From Thermoprotei archaeon (GTDB lineage Archaea > Thermoproteota > Thermoprotei > Thermoproteales > B15-G16): a stretch of DNA of 64,000 nt. Shown piece after piece: positions 20,087-28,579 of this stretch. The stretch lies in contig QMRC01000003.1 in NCBI GenBank assembly GCA_003649205.1, positions 96,001-160,000 on the forward strand, given 5' to 3'. Every line of letters begins with the position of its first letter. Position 1 is the first letter of the stretch. Made by a program: the position numbers and the translations under genes. Under the pieces are notes generated by a model, which searched no databases, had not been told where the DNA came from, and saw only the letters and a program-made list of their open reading frames with translations.

Positions 20087-21589
20087 CTGAGTAAGCTACC
20101 TGAAGAAATTAGCAGAGAGAGTAGAGACACTAAAACAAAGAGATTCATAATCTATGGAATCGAAGAGAAACCACCACTCCTTACAGCACTGTTCCTAGGA
20201 TTCCAACACTACCTCACAATGTTTGGAGCTACAGTCGCAGTTCCGCTACTCCTAGCATCACTAATGGAGCTAACGCCAGAGGATACAGCAAAGCTAGTAT
20301 GTATTCAATTCTTCTGTGCAGGTATTACTACACTACTGCAAACGTGGAAAAAGGTAGGTAGTGGGTTACCTATCGTACAAGGATCCTCATTCTCCTTTCT
20401 AGGACCTCTAGTAGCTATCATAGCTACCTGTAAGAGCATGGGGATTAGAGGTAGCGAAATACTACTCTACACAACAGGAGCTATCATAGGTGCTTCATTC
20501 TTTGAGATCGTGATTGGGTACAGTGGATTAGCTGGTCTATTGAGAAGGTACATAACACCTGTATCTATCGGGCCAACGATAATAGTTATTGGGCTCTCAC
20601 TAGCTGATGTAGGAGCTTCACAGGCAAGTGGTAACTGGGGTCTTGCACTACTTACAGTGGTACTCATTGTGCTGTTTAGTCAAGTACTTGGCAGGAGGTA
20701 CAGGATATTCATGCTGTTCCCAGTAGTACTCGGTGTCATGATCAGCTACGTAGTTGCACTACTACTCTCGATAACTGGCTTCCTAAAACCTGGTGATCCA
20801 GGGTACGTGAATTTAAGGCCACTCATGGAATTACCTTGGTTAAACATACCGAAGCCATTTCCATGGGGTTTACCTAAGTTCGTACCAGCGTTCATCCTCG
20901 GTATGTTAGCTGCTTACGTAGCATCGATGGTTGAGTCTATAGGTGACTACCACACAGTATGTAGGGTGAGTGAGGCACCACCACCAGACGAAAAGACAAT
21001 ATCCAAGGGTCTCGGTGCTGAAGGCCTTGGCTGCCTAATTGGTGGTATCTTCGGTTGTGCTGGAGGGTACACGAGTTATTCAGAGAACATAGGTGTCATT
21101 GGGTTAGTTAGGGTAGCTAGTAGATACGTCATTCAGCTAGGTGCGGTATTCATGCTGCTAATGGGGTTCTTCGGTAAGTTCGGAGCACTCATGGCGACAA
21201 TTCCTAAGCCAATTATTGGAGGTCTATATCTCGTAGTATTCGGTATGATAGCTGCTGTAGGAGCTTCGCTGCTTACGCTAATAGACTTGAAATCACCTAG
21301 AAACCTACTGATCGTAGGCATGTCACTGTACCTCGGTCTAAGCGTACCTATGTGGATGAAAGGTTACAACCCATACGGTGTTAAAGGTAGAGGAGCAATC
21401 GTCGCACTGCTACCTCCACAACTAATGTGGTTAGGTGAAATAGTTGAGATTATACTCGAGACAGGTATGGCCGTTGCAGCTATAGTCGGCATCGTGCTAG
21501 ATAACCTGATACCAGGAACACCGGAAGAACGAGGATTGACACATCCTGAATGGTGTGGTAAGGTAATGAACAAGAGAGAGAACAAGTGA
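20087..21589 (+). CDS. NCS2/NAT nucleobase (uracil/xanthine) permease
   Basis: QGSSFSF, ESIGD, TSYSENIG; the TM1 motif (YGIEEKPP...FQHYLTM) lies upstream of the ORF-track ATG 20219, implying a CTG start at 20087. Confidence 0.9.
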   Translation: MSKLPEEISRESRDTKTKRFIIYGIEEKPPLLTALFLGFQHYLTMFGATVAVPLLLASLMELTPEDTAKLVCIQFFCAGITTLLQTWKKVGSGLPIVQGSSFSFLGPLVAIIATCKSMGIRGSEILLYTTGAIIGASFFEIVIGYSGLAGLLRRYITPVSIGPTIIVIGLSLADVGASQASGNWGLALLTVVLIVLFSQVLGRRYRIFMLFPVVLGVMISYVVALLLSITGFLKPGDPGYVNLRPLMELPWLNIPKPFPWGLPKFVPAFILGMLAAYVASMVESIGDYHTVCRVSEAPPPDEKTISKGLGAEGLGCLIGGIFGCAGGYTSYSENIGVIGLVRVASRYVIQLGAVFMLLMGFFGKFGALMATIPKPIIGGLYLVVFGMIAAVGASLLTLIDLKSPRNLLIVGMSLYLGLSVPMWMKGYNPYGVKGRGAIVALLPPQLMWLGEIVEIILETGMAVAAIVGIVLDNLIPGTPEERGLTHPEWCGKVMNKRENK

Positions 21590-21632
21590 GTACTTGTAAG
21601 TACTCACAAACCCGGTCTTTTTCTCCTCCTTT
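21586..21632 (+). terminator. Inverted repeat plus pyrimidine tract after the permease
   Basis: GTGAGTACTT-gt-AAGTACTCAC over the stop codon, then TCTTTTTCTCCTCCTTT. Confidence 0.45.
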
Positions 21633-21667
21633 ATCCGCTTATTACCTAGAGAGAAGTAGAGTGTGTG

Positions 21668-21716
21668 TCATCGATGGAGCTAGTCATCACTTTTCAGTGA
21701 GCCCCGAGAGCATCAT
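21668..21716 (-). ncRNA. Box C/D sRNA candidate
   Basis: Minus strand ATGATGC-TCTCGGGGCTCA-CTGA-aaa-GTGATGA-CTAGCTCCATCG-ATGA. Confidence 0.75.
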
Positions 21717-21851
21717 CCAACGTGATCAGAATACTATGTCTCTTTAAACCTTAGCTACATTCTCTACACTTCGAAGCATCTACATATACCTCACGATCTA
21801 TGTCGTCGTAAGTTAATTATGGTTCTGGTACTATCTCAAGTGTGAGTACCC

Positions 21852-23126
21852 ATGAGCTACAGTGTTATTCAGCATGTTAAGGTTTCGTGGAGAGGTAAGG
21901 AGTGTAGTAAGTGTAATGTTCCGGATAGGTGGACTGTTGAGGATGGGAATTACGTACTTGGTAATAAGTTCCATCCCGTTGCTGTAATGGTACCACTGGA
22001 TGATGAGGTAGGTAATGAATTGGTGAAGACAGCTATTGAGCTTGGTGTAGCAATAGCTGGTTTCTGTAAGACAGCTAACATAGGGATTGAGAAGGTAGTA
22101 TGTAATGTGCTAGCTAATCCAAACATTAGGTACCTAGTAGTTGTTGGTCACGATACAAGCGGTCATCGTAGTGGTGAAGCTATGATTAAGTTGTGGAGGT
22201 ATGGTGTGGATCCAGAGAGTAGGAGAGTGCTGAATTGCGATGCACCAACGGCCTACATACCAAATCTGCCGCTTGAAGCTATTGAGAGATTTCGTGATCA
22301 GGTAATTGTCATTGATATGCTAGGTGTGACGGATAGGGAGATGCTGAGAAAGGTGATTAGAGGCTGTATTCAGGAACCTTGGAATGCTGTTGAGATTGAG
22401 GTGAAGGGTATTAAGTATAGGTTATTCGATCCTGGTGCATATGACTTAGAGCCATATATAGTCAAGGTAACGAGTAAGGTGAGCGGGGGGTATGTGGAGA
22501 CTCTATCACAGAACCTTACAGTCGTTGTTGCGAGGTCAGTAGCTGATGCCTATAGGGAAGTGATTCGACTAATTGAGAGATTTGGTAGATGTGTTGAGTC
22601 TAGGTTTGGAATTACGAAGGAGTTAATGAATGTCGTGATACACGTACTTGATCCTCTCTGTGATGAAGTACCTAGAGAGTACCCACTTGGTGCTAAGAAG
22701 TATCTTGAGGAGTACTGTAGAGCTATTCTCGAGGGTAGGAGTATTGAGGGTTATGAGTATAGCTATGGTGAGAGGTTGAGGGTTAAGTTCGGTGATCAAT
22801 TGCGAGCTATCGTCGATAAGTTACGTAGTGAACCGAGTACTAGACAAGCTGTTGCTGTGTTCTGGAGTCCTTACGAGGACTTGGTCAAGACAGAGAACCC
22901 ACCTTGTTTCATACTGTGGCAATTCATGATTAGGGATGGTAAGCTACATGCTACGGTGTACATGAGGAGCCACGACTTTAGGAGTGCCTTCGTACACAAT
23001 GTATTTGCCGTTAGAGAGGTAATGAAGTACATTACGGAAGAACTTAAGAGAAGTGGTCTTGACGTTGATCTAGGTACGATAACATTCATTGCATGTAGTT
23101 GCCATGTCTATGAGAACTACAGGTAG
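21852..23126 (+). CDS. MtrA-like corrinoid-binding domain fused to archaeal ThyA-type thymidylate synthase
   Basis: N-half: GFCKTANIGIEKVVCNVLANPNIRYL..GHRSG and AYIPNL..EAIERFRDQV; C-half: YSYGERL, RQA, PPC, RSHD, HVY. Confidence 0.88.
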   Translation: MSYSVIQHVKVSWRGKECSKCNVPDRWTVEDGNYVLGNKFHPVAVMVPLDDEVGNELVKTAIELGVAIAGFCKTANIGIEKVVCNVLANPNIRYLVVVGHDTSGHRSGEAMIKLWRYGVDPESRRVLNCDAPTAYIPNLPLEAIERFRDQVIVIDMLGVTDREMLRKVIRGCIQEPWNAVEIEVKGIKYRLFDPGAYDLEPYIVKVTSKVSGGYVETLSQNLTVVVARSVADAYREVIRLIERFGRCVESRFGITKELMNVVIHVLDPLCDEVPREYPLGAKKYLEEYCRAILEGRSIEGYEYSYGERLRVKFGDQLRAIVDKLRSEPSTRQAVAVFWSPYEDLVKTENPPCFILWQFMIRDGKLHATVYMRSHDFRSAFVHNVFAVREVMKYITEELKRSGLDVDLGTITFIACSCHVYENYR

Positions 23127-25254
23127 TATTGCTGATGAGATTAAGCAATTCATCGACTATGTTAGGAGCTGTAATGCTAGAGGTCTGATAGTCCTCAGTG
23201 GTGATACAGAACAAGTAATACACGTATTAAGCACACTACTTGGGCACCTAGCTAGACCTATACTCGCATTTACTGATAGTAGGGACCTACGTAAGGTACT
23301 TGCTGTGCATGATATTGAGGTAGCTAGATTTCATGAGCTGACTAGTTACCTAGGTAGGGAGTATAGCTCTGTCATTATGGATTTTAGGTACTTCTTCAGA
23401 CCTAATGCTGTTTCTGCTGCATCAGAGATGATTAGGTGCGGTGGATTCAGTATCTGGTTAACTAAGTCACTTAGTTTGTGGAGTCCAGGTGTCGAGGGTG
23501 GTAGAGGTACCTTCCGTAGGTATTTACTTGAGTCGCTTAAGTTGTGTAGATCAATCCTTGTAGTTGATGTTGATAGCGGTGAGGTGGTATTGCGTAATCT
23601 ACCGAGTAAGTTATCTCGAAGACAGTTCACACCCGAGATCACGAATGTTGATGAGAGGTTGAGAAAGGTACTTTCGCTATGTGCTACTGAGGATCAGTAC
23701 GAGTTCGTTTTGCATAGCTTAAGACTGCTTAGTGACTTAACACTTAAGGTTTTAGTTGGTAAAGGTGATCGTGGTAGAGGGAAGAGCGCTGCTCTCGGTC
23801 TAGCAACTGCGCTGGCTATAGCACATAACTACACTGATGAGATTTTGGTAACAGCACCTTCACCACGCAGTATCACGACATTCATGAAGTTCCTCTGTCT
23901 AGGGCTAGAGAAGCTAGGTATTGATTATAAGACAATTACTGAGAAGGGAAGTGTAGTGGGTATTAGGGGTAGGGGTTTTGAAGTTAGGTATGTTGTCCCT
24001 TGGTTAGCTACTGGTGCTAGATTAACGGTGATTGATGAGGCTGCTGCTGTTGGTGCTGCTCGTGTTAGGAGGTTGTGTGCTAAGAGTAGGAAGGTCATGA
24101 TGGTGACTACAGTCCACGGTTACGAAGGTTCTGGAAGGGTAGCTTCTGAACTGCTAATTAAGCAGCTACCTAGTCCACTAGTCTACGAGTTCAAGGTACC
24201 TATTAGGTACCTATCAAATGATCCACTTGAAGAGTGGCTTTACCAAGTATTCTTTCTCCGAGTAGACCCAATAGAGATACCGAAACCAGAGAATGTGGAG
24301 TACTCTTCTGTAGATCAAGAACAGCTAGTTAAGGATAGGGATTTACTACGGAAAGTCTATGGCTTACTCGCTCTAGCGCACTACAGGAATGAACCTGATG
24401 ACTTAATGACCATGCTTGACGCCCCTCATCACCACATTCGTATACTCAACTCCGATAGAGGAGTTGTAGCTGTTGCGCAGATAGCTGAGGAAGGACCTAT
24501 TCGTGATGTTGAGAGAGCTATTACACGTGGTCTAAGAGGAGTACTGGTCTTAGATAAGTTACTGAGGTACGGTCCTAAGGAAGCTGCTAAGACAAGAGGC
24601 TGGAGAATTGTTAGGATTGCTGTAGTACCTAATCTACAGAGAAGAGGCTACGGTTCAAAACTACTAAACTTCCTCGAGGAGGAAGCACGTAGTATAAACC
24701 TTGACTGGATCGGTGCTATATTCTCTAGAAATGACATCATTGACTTTTGGTTAAAGAACGGGTACTTACCAATCTATGTATCTCCACGATTCAATAAGGT
24801 GACAGGTGAGAAGAACATAGCTGTGATAAAGCCACTGAGTACTAGGATGCGACATTACGTTGAAGAAGCATTGAGGGAATTTAAGGTTAGATTACTTACC
24901 TGCTTAATGAGTGTCTACAGGGATTTAAGTGCTGAGGTTGTTGCTAGTGTATTGAAGAGTATTAGGGTACCTGTGTCAGTGAGAATTGAGTTAACGAGAA
25001 ATCAAGAGAAGAGACTCGAGATGTACTTAAGTAGGAGGATTCTACTTGAATCAGCTATGGATGCTATTTACTTAGCAACATTGAGGAAGTTATGTGAATC
25101 CCCTTCAGTAGATCTAAGCTTCAGCGAATTAGTTGCGTTGATTGCTTATGTACTGCAGGGTAAACCTTTGGACGATGTGGCTGCTGCTCTCAGAACCGAT
25201 ATAGAGACCGCTAAAGCTACTGTAGATAAAGCTGTTAGGAAGCTACTTAGCTAG
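23110..25254 (+). CDS. tmcA: RNA cytidine acetyltransferase (TmcA/Nat10)
   Basis: GDRGRGKS, DEAA, TTVHGYEGSG, PIRY..DPLE, AHYRNEPDDL, RIVRIAV..QRRGYG. Confidence 0.93.
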   Translation: MRTTGSIADEIKQFIDYVRSCNARGLIVLSGDTEQVIHVLSTLLGHLARPILAFTDSRDLRKVLAVHDIEVARFHELTSYLGREYSSVIMDFRYFFRPNAVSAASEMIRCGGFSIWLTKSLSLWSPGVEGGRGTFRRYLLESLKLCRSILVVDVDSGEVVLRNLPSKLSRRQFTPEITNVDERLRKVLSLCATEDQYEFVLHSLRLLSDLTLKVLVGKGDRGRGKSAALGLATALAIAHNYTDEILVTAPSPRSITTFMKFLCLGLEKLGIDYKTITEKGSVVGIRGRGFEVRYVVPWLATGARLTVIDEAAAVGAARVRRLCAKSRKVMMVTTVHGYEGSGRVASELLIKQLPSPLVYEFKVPIRYLSNDPLEEWLYQVFFLRVDPIEIPKPENVEYSSVDQEQLVKDRDLLRKVYGLLALAHYRNEPDDLMTMLDAPHHHIRILNSDRGVVAVAQIAEEGPIRDVERAITRGLRGVLVLDKLLRYGPKEAAKTRGWRIVRIAVVPNLQRRGYGSKLLNFLEEEARSINLDWIGAIFSRNDIIDFWLKNGYLPIYVSPRFNKVTGEKNIAVIKPLSTRMRHYVEEALREFKVRLLTCLMSVYRDLSAEVVASVLKSIRVPVSVRIELTRNQEKRLEMYLSRRILLESAMDAIYLATLRKLCESPSVDLSFSELVALIAYVLQGKPLDDVAAALRTDIETAKATVDKAVRKLLS

Positions 25255-25261
25255 GAAGAAC

Positions 25262-25729
25262 ATGGCGATTTGGGTAATTGCAGTAAGGAGGAAGTATGCT
25301 GATGCAATTCTCGATGGTAGGAAGATAGCTGAAGTTAGGTGGGAAGGTACTGTAAACATAGATCTCGTCAGATCTGGTGATAAACTACTTCTAGCTACTG
25401 GATCCGGCATTGTTGGCATTGTTGAGGTCACTAAAGTCATCATCAAAGAGCTTAGGAGTATAAGTGATGATGAGGCTAAAGCAGCTGGCTTCAGAAGCAG
25501 AGTAGAGCTAGTTAAAGAGCTTAAGAAGATATACCCAATAACAAGCTACAGTGAGAAGTACTACATACTATACCTCAGACCTATCGCAGACTTGAGACAT
25601 AGACCAGTACCACTGAGCAATATCTACTGTTACAGCGGTAGTGGTATTAGAGAGTGTAGATTAGAGGATTTGAAGTCAAGGATAGTGCCCGTATGCAGAG
25701 TGAAGAGTAGCGACCTACCAATAACGTAG
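25262..25729 (+). CDS. ASCH-domain protein
   Basis: ILDGRKIAEVR (GxKxxExR), GD, EAKAAGF. Confidence 0.8.
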   Translation: MAIWVIAVRRKYADAILDGRKIAEVRWEGTVNIDLVRSGDKLLLATGSGIVGIVEVTKVIIKELRSISDDEAKAAGFRSRVELVKELKKIYPITSYSEKYYILYLRPIADLRHRPVPLSNIYCYSGSGIRECRLEDLKSRIVPVCRVKSSDLPIT

Positions 25730-27002
25730 CTCTATAATACAGGTCAACGTACCGCTCTGCTCTCTTAGTAGCTACATATCTAAGCACTATAGCGAGCACT
25801 GACACCACAGTTATCGCAACAATTAGGATACTAACCACCGTAAGTAACTTCTCATGAGGAAACTCAACATACACATGCGTTACAGCCGCTGTACTGTTAT
25901 TACCAACAGCATCCATAGCCCATACACGAACCACATATTTACCTGGTATCAACTTACCGCACTTAATCACTACAGACGTAGCATTGGTAAATACTAACTT
26001 AGATCGAAACTCAACATAGTAACCACCCAATGCCACGTCATCTACTGATGGAGACCACTTAACGATAACTGCGTCACCGATATACGTTGCTATTAAGTTT
26101 GCAGGGGGGGTAGGTGCTGTGTAGTCTCTAGCTACTAGGTCTACCTTCACCTTAGTCCTATTGATCGTGATTACGGTTTCAGAATCTCTACACACAAGCT
26201 TTATCACCTTACCAAATACCTTCTCACCAGGTAAAGTTAGTGAGTACCAACCACCCTGCATCGTCACAGTACTATTGACTAGTTCATTACCAACGTAAGC
26301 CCTAACCGAAAGACCAGGTAACATAGCTTGCCCCCTAGGACCCCTAACAACTACCTTACCCCACACTACAACCTTCTCCGGATACACAACTACTCTAGCA
26401 CTAGCTACGTCACTAGCTCTATTAGCAACATCAATAGCCTGCACCTCAACGAGGTAAATACCTGGAGGTACTTCACTTAAGTTAACGGAGGTCTTCTTAC
26501 TAGAGACCTCGATGGAGGATACGTACTTCTCCACATTAACTAACCTAATCGAGACAACGTACTTGGAAACAGCTACATCATCACTAGAGTGACTCCACCT
26601 AACAAACACCCACCTAATACCACTACGAACTTCAACTATTTTAGGTCTACTAGGTCTCAAAGCATCCTTAACTTTAAGAGTGCCTACACTAATCACAGCA
26701 CCAGGAGAGAACACTAACTTACGCACCTCATACTCACCAACACGTATAGAGAACTCAGTACCATTACTCAAACCCCTTACAATTAAGACGAAGGAACCAT
26801 CCATTGAGGTTAAGTTCTCAGCAATAACCTTACCACCATAAACCGCATACACCGGGATATCAGCTCTGACCGGAGGCTTACCACCTTCAACATATACAAA
26901 ACCTCTAACTACCATGACCTCAGCAGAAGCACATAAACAGTGATGACTTGGAATAAGGAAGAGAAACAGAATCAAGACAATAGGGAGAACATACCTCACC
27001 AT
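25647..27002 (-). CDS. Secreted, C-terminally anchored protein with two fibronectin type III modules
   Basis: Signal peptide; repeats WSHSSDDVAV..Y..AIDVANRAS and WSPSVDDVAL..Y..AMDAVGNNS; C-terminal TM. Confidence 0.75.
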   Translation of the reverse strand: MVRYVLPIVLILFLFLIPSHHCLCASAEVMVVRGFVYVEGGKPPVRADIPVYAVYGGKVIAENLTSMDGSFVLIVRGLSNGTEFSIRVGEYEVRKLVFSPGAVISVGTLKVKDALRPSRPKIVEVRSGIRWVFVRWSHSSDDVAVSKYVVSIRLVNVEKYVSSIEVSSKKTSVNLSEVPPGIYLVEVQAIDVANRASDVASARVVVYPEKVVVWGKVVVRGPRGQAMLPGLSVRAYVGNELVNSTVTMQGGWYSLTLPGEKVFGKVIKLVCRDSETVITINRTKVKVDLVARDYTAPTPPANLIATYIGDAVIVKWSPSVDDVALGGYYVEFRSKLVFTNATSVVIKCGKLIPGKYVVRVWAMDAVGNNSTAAVTHVYVEFPHEKLLTVVSILIVAITVVSVLAIVLRYVATKRAERYVDLYYRATLLVGRYSSLCIRALSLTSNPLIYTL

Positions 27003-27104
27003 ACTCAACCACAGTACATATCCATTGCGTAACCTAGGTGTTTTACTGAGATGCACTAGGTTATAACATCAAAGGAAACTATAAAAATTAATCACGTAAA
27101 ATAC

Positions 27105-27176
27105 GCAGTACAGCCGACCTACCAGAGACCCCACATTGGGGTCTATGAAGGTAGGGCTGGCACCTCACGGACATCC
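27105..27176 (+). ncRNA. Structured K-turn hairpin RNA candidate (H/ACA-like)
   Basis: CCTACC-AGA-GACCCC-acatt-GGGGTC-TATGAA-GGTAGG; ACA 15 nt downstream; TATAAAAA at 27080. Confidence 0.5.
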
Positions 27177-27177
27177 C

Positions 27178-28305
27178 CTACGAAACCGGTTCATACACTA
27201 TACCTAGCTCTCTAGCAATAGCGTACGCCTCCTCAATTTCACTACTCCTAAGTCTCCTACTGATATCAGGCCACTTCTCTGGGTACTTACTCACCAACCA
27301 TTCAGGTCTGTACTGCTCCATGACGTTAACAAGTACCTTATCCTTTATATTATCAGCAATCCACTTGAGTACAGGTCTTGTACAGCACTCAATGTGATTT
27401 GGTAGTACTAAGTGCCTTATTATCATGGGCGCTGACTCAGCAGCTATCTTGAGATTTCTCGTTACCACCTCCCAGTAGTTCTTAATACCTGATAATCTCT
27501 CTGCACACTTGTTGTTACCGTACTTGAAGTCAGGTAACCAAATGTCAATGACGTCCTTCAGCAACTTCATTGTCTCCACACTACAGTACATATTGCTATT
27601 CCAGAGCTGTGGGACATTCACATCGAGGTACTTCAGTGACTCAAGTATGGTGTGTAGATTTGGTGTTGGTTCACCACCTACGTGATTGATATTTCTAGCA
27701 CCTGTCTTCCTCAATTCCTTCTGCATGAGAGCCAATCTCCAAGCATCAACCTCTACACCATCTAGTGGGTGCTCCTGACTGATATCCCAGTTCTGACAGA
27801 ATACACATCTGAAGTTACAGCTACCGTAGAAAATCGTTCCACTAGGTACTAATGGCGCTTCCTCACCATAGTGGTGAAACCACGAATGTACGTATGTTCT
27901 GTAATCTAGACGACAGAAACCTCTCTCACCACTTAACCTATTGACACCACACCTATGTTCACAGAAGTGACAACTCAGTAGAATTCTCTTAGCGATTTCA
28001 ATCTTGACATCTAGGTAACTGAACTTAGGTCTAGGTAACTCATCAAGACTTAGCTCATCACTACAAATCATGGACCACACACGACCAAACTCCTTACTGA
28101 GATCATCATGGAGCTTCCAAAGCTCCTCGAGAGATAGCTTCGATGGATCACAACCAGCATCCAACCTCTTACATATCATGAACTTAGCAGGCTTTCTATC
28201 TCTCATAACATCGTAGTACCACCTCAACCTCTCAACAACAACAGGATTCTCCCAAACCTTAATAGCATCCGGCCTCAGTACATACCACAGACTCACAGTA
28301 GACAC
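27178..28305 (-). CDS. PflX-like radical SAM protein (COG1313)
   Basis: CHFCEHRCGVNR, GEEAPLVPSGTIF, CNFRCVFC, GGEPTP, IIRHLVLPNH. Confidence 0.88.
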   Translation of the reverse strand: MSTVSLWYVLRPDAIKVWENPVVVERLRWYYDVMRDRKPAKFMICKRLDAGCDPSKLSLEELWKLHDDLSKEFGRVWSMICSDELSLDELPRPKFSYLDVKIEIAKRILLSCHFCEHRCGVNRLSGERGFCRLDYRTYVHSWFHHYGEEAPLVPSGTIFYGSCNFRCVFCQNWDISQEHPLDGVEVDAWRLALMQKELRKTGARNINHVGGEPTPNLHTILESLKYLDVNVPQLWNSNMYCSVETMKLLKDVIDIWLPDFKYGNNKCAERLSGIKNYWEVVTRNLKIAAESAPMIIRHLVLPNHIECCTRPVLKWIADNIKDKVLVNVMEQYRPEWLVSKYPEKWPDISRRLRSSEIEEAYAIARELGIVYEPVS

Positions 28306-28362
28306 CTAGTAGGGGCTACACAGATCAACACATAAAAACTCTCTTCAAATCCAAGGTAATAG

Positions 28363-28413
28363 ATGATGAACAGGCTAAGTGGGGATATTCGTGACCGAAT
28401 AGCAGTCCGCTGA
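28363..28413 (+). ncRNA. Box C/D sRNA candidate
   Basis: C ATGATGA, guide, degenerate D' GGGA and C' GTGACC, guide AATAGCAGTCCG, D CTGA. Confidence 0.7.
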
Positions 28414-28579
28414 TGTAGTTAAAGCCGAGAGTAATGAGTATAAATAGGGAGCTTAATTATCTATATTCGATATCTAGTGCATTGACTAGACCACCCAAGT
28501 CTAACTACTACAATAAATACTTAAATACCTCGTTAGATACTTAATTACGTTGAGTAACATTGAGTAGGAGGTGTAGAGG

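Noticed and set aside
21852-22450. MtrA domain as evidence of methanogenesis
   Set aside because: No other mtr or mcr genes here, no membrane anchor, and the domain is fused to ThyA
27105-27176. SECIS interpretation of the hairpin 3' of the radical SAM gene
   Set aside because: No in-frame UGA in neighbouring genes, and the archaeal GAA/A motif is not on the mRNA strand
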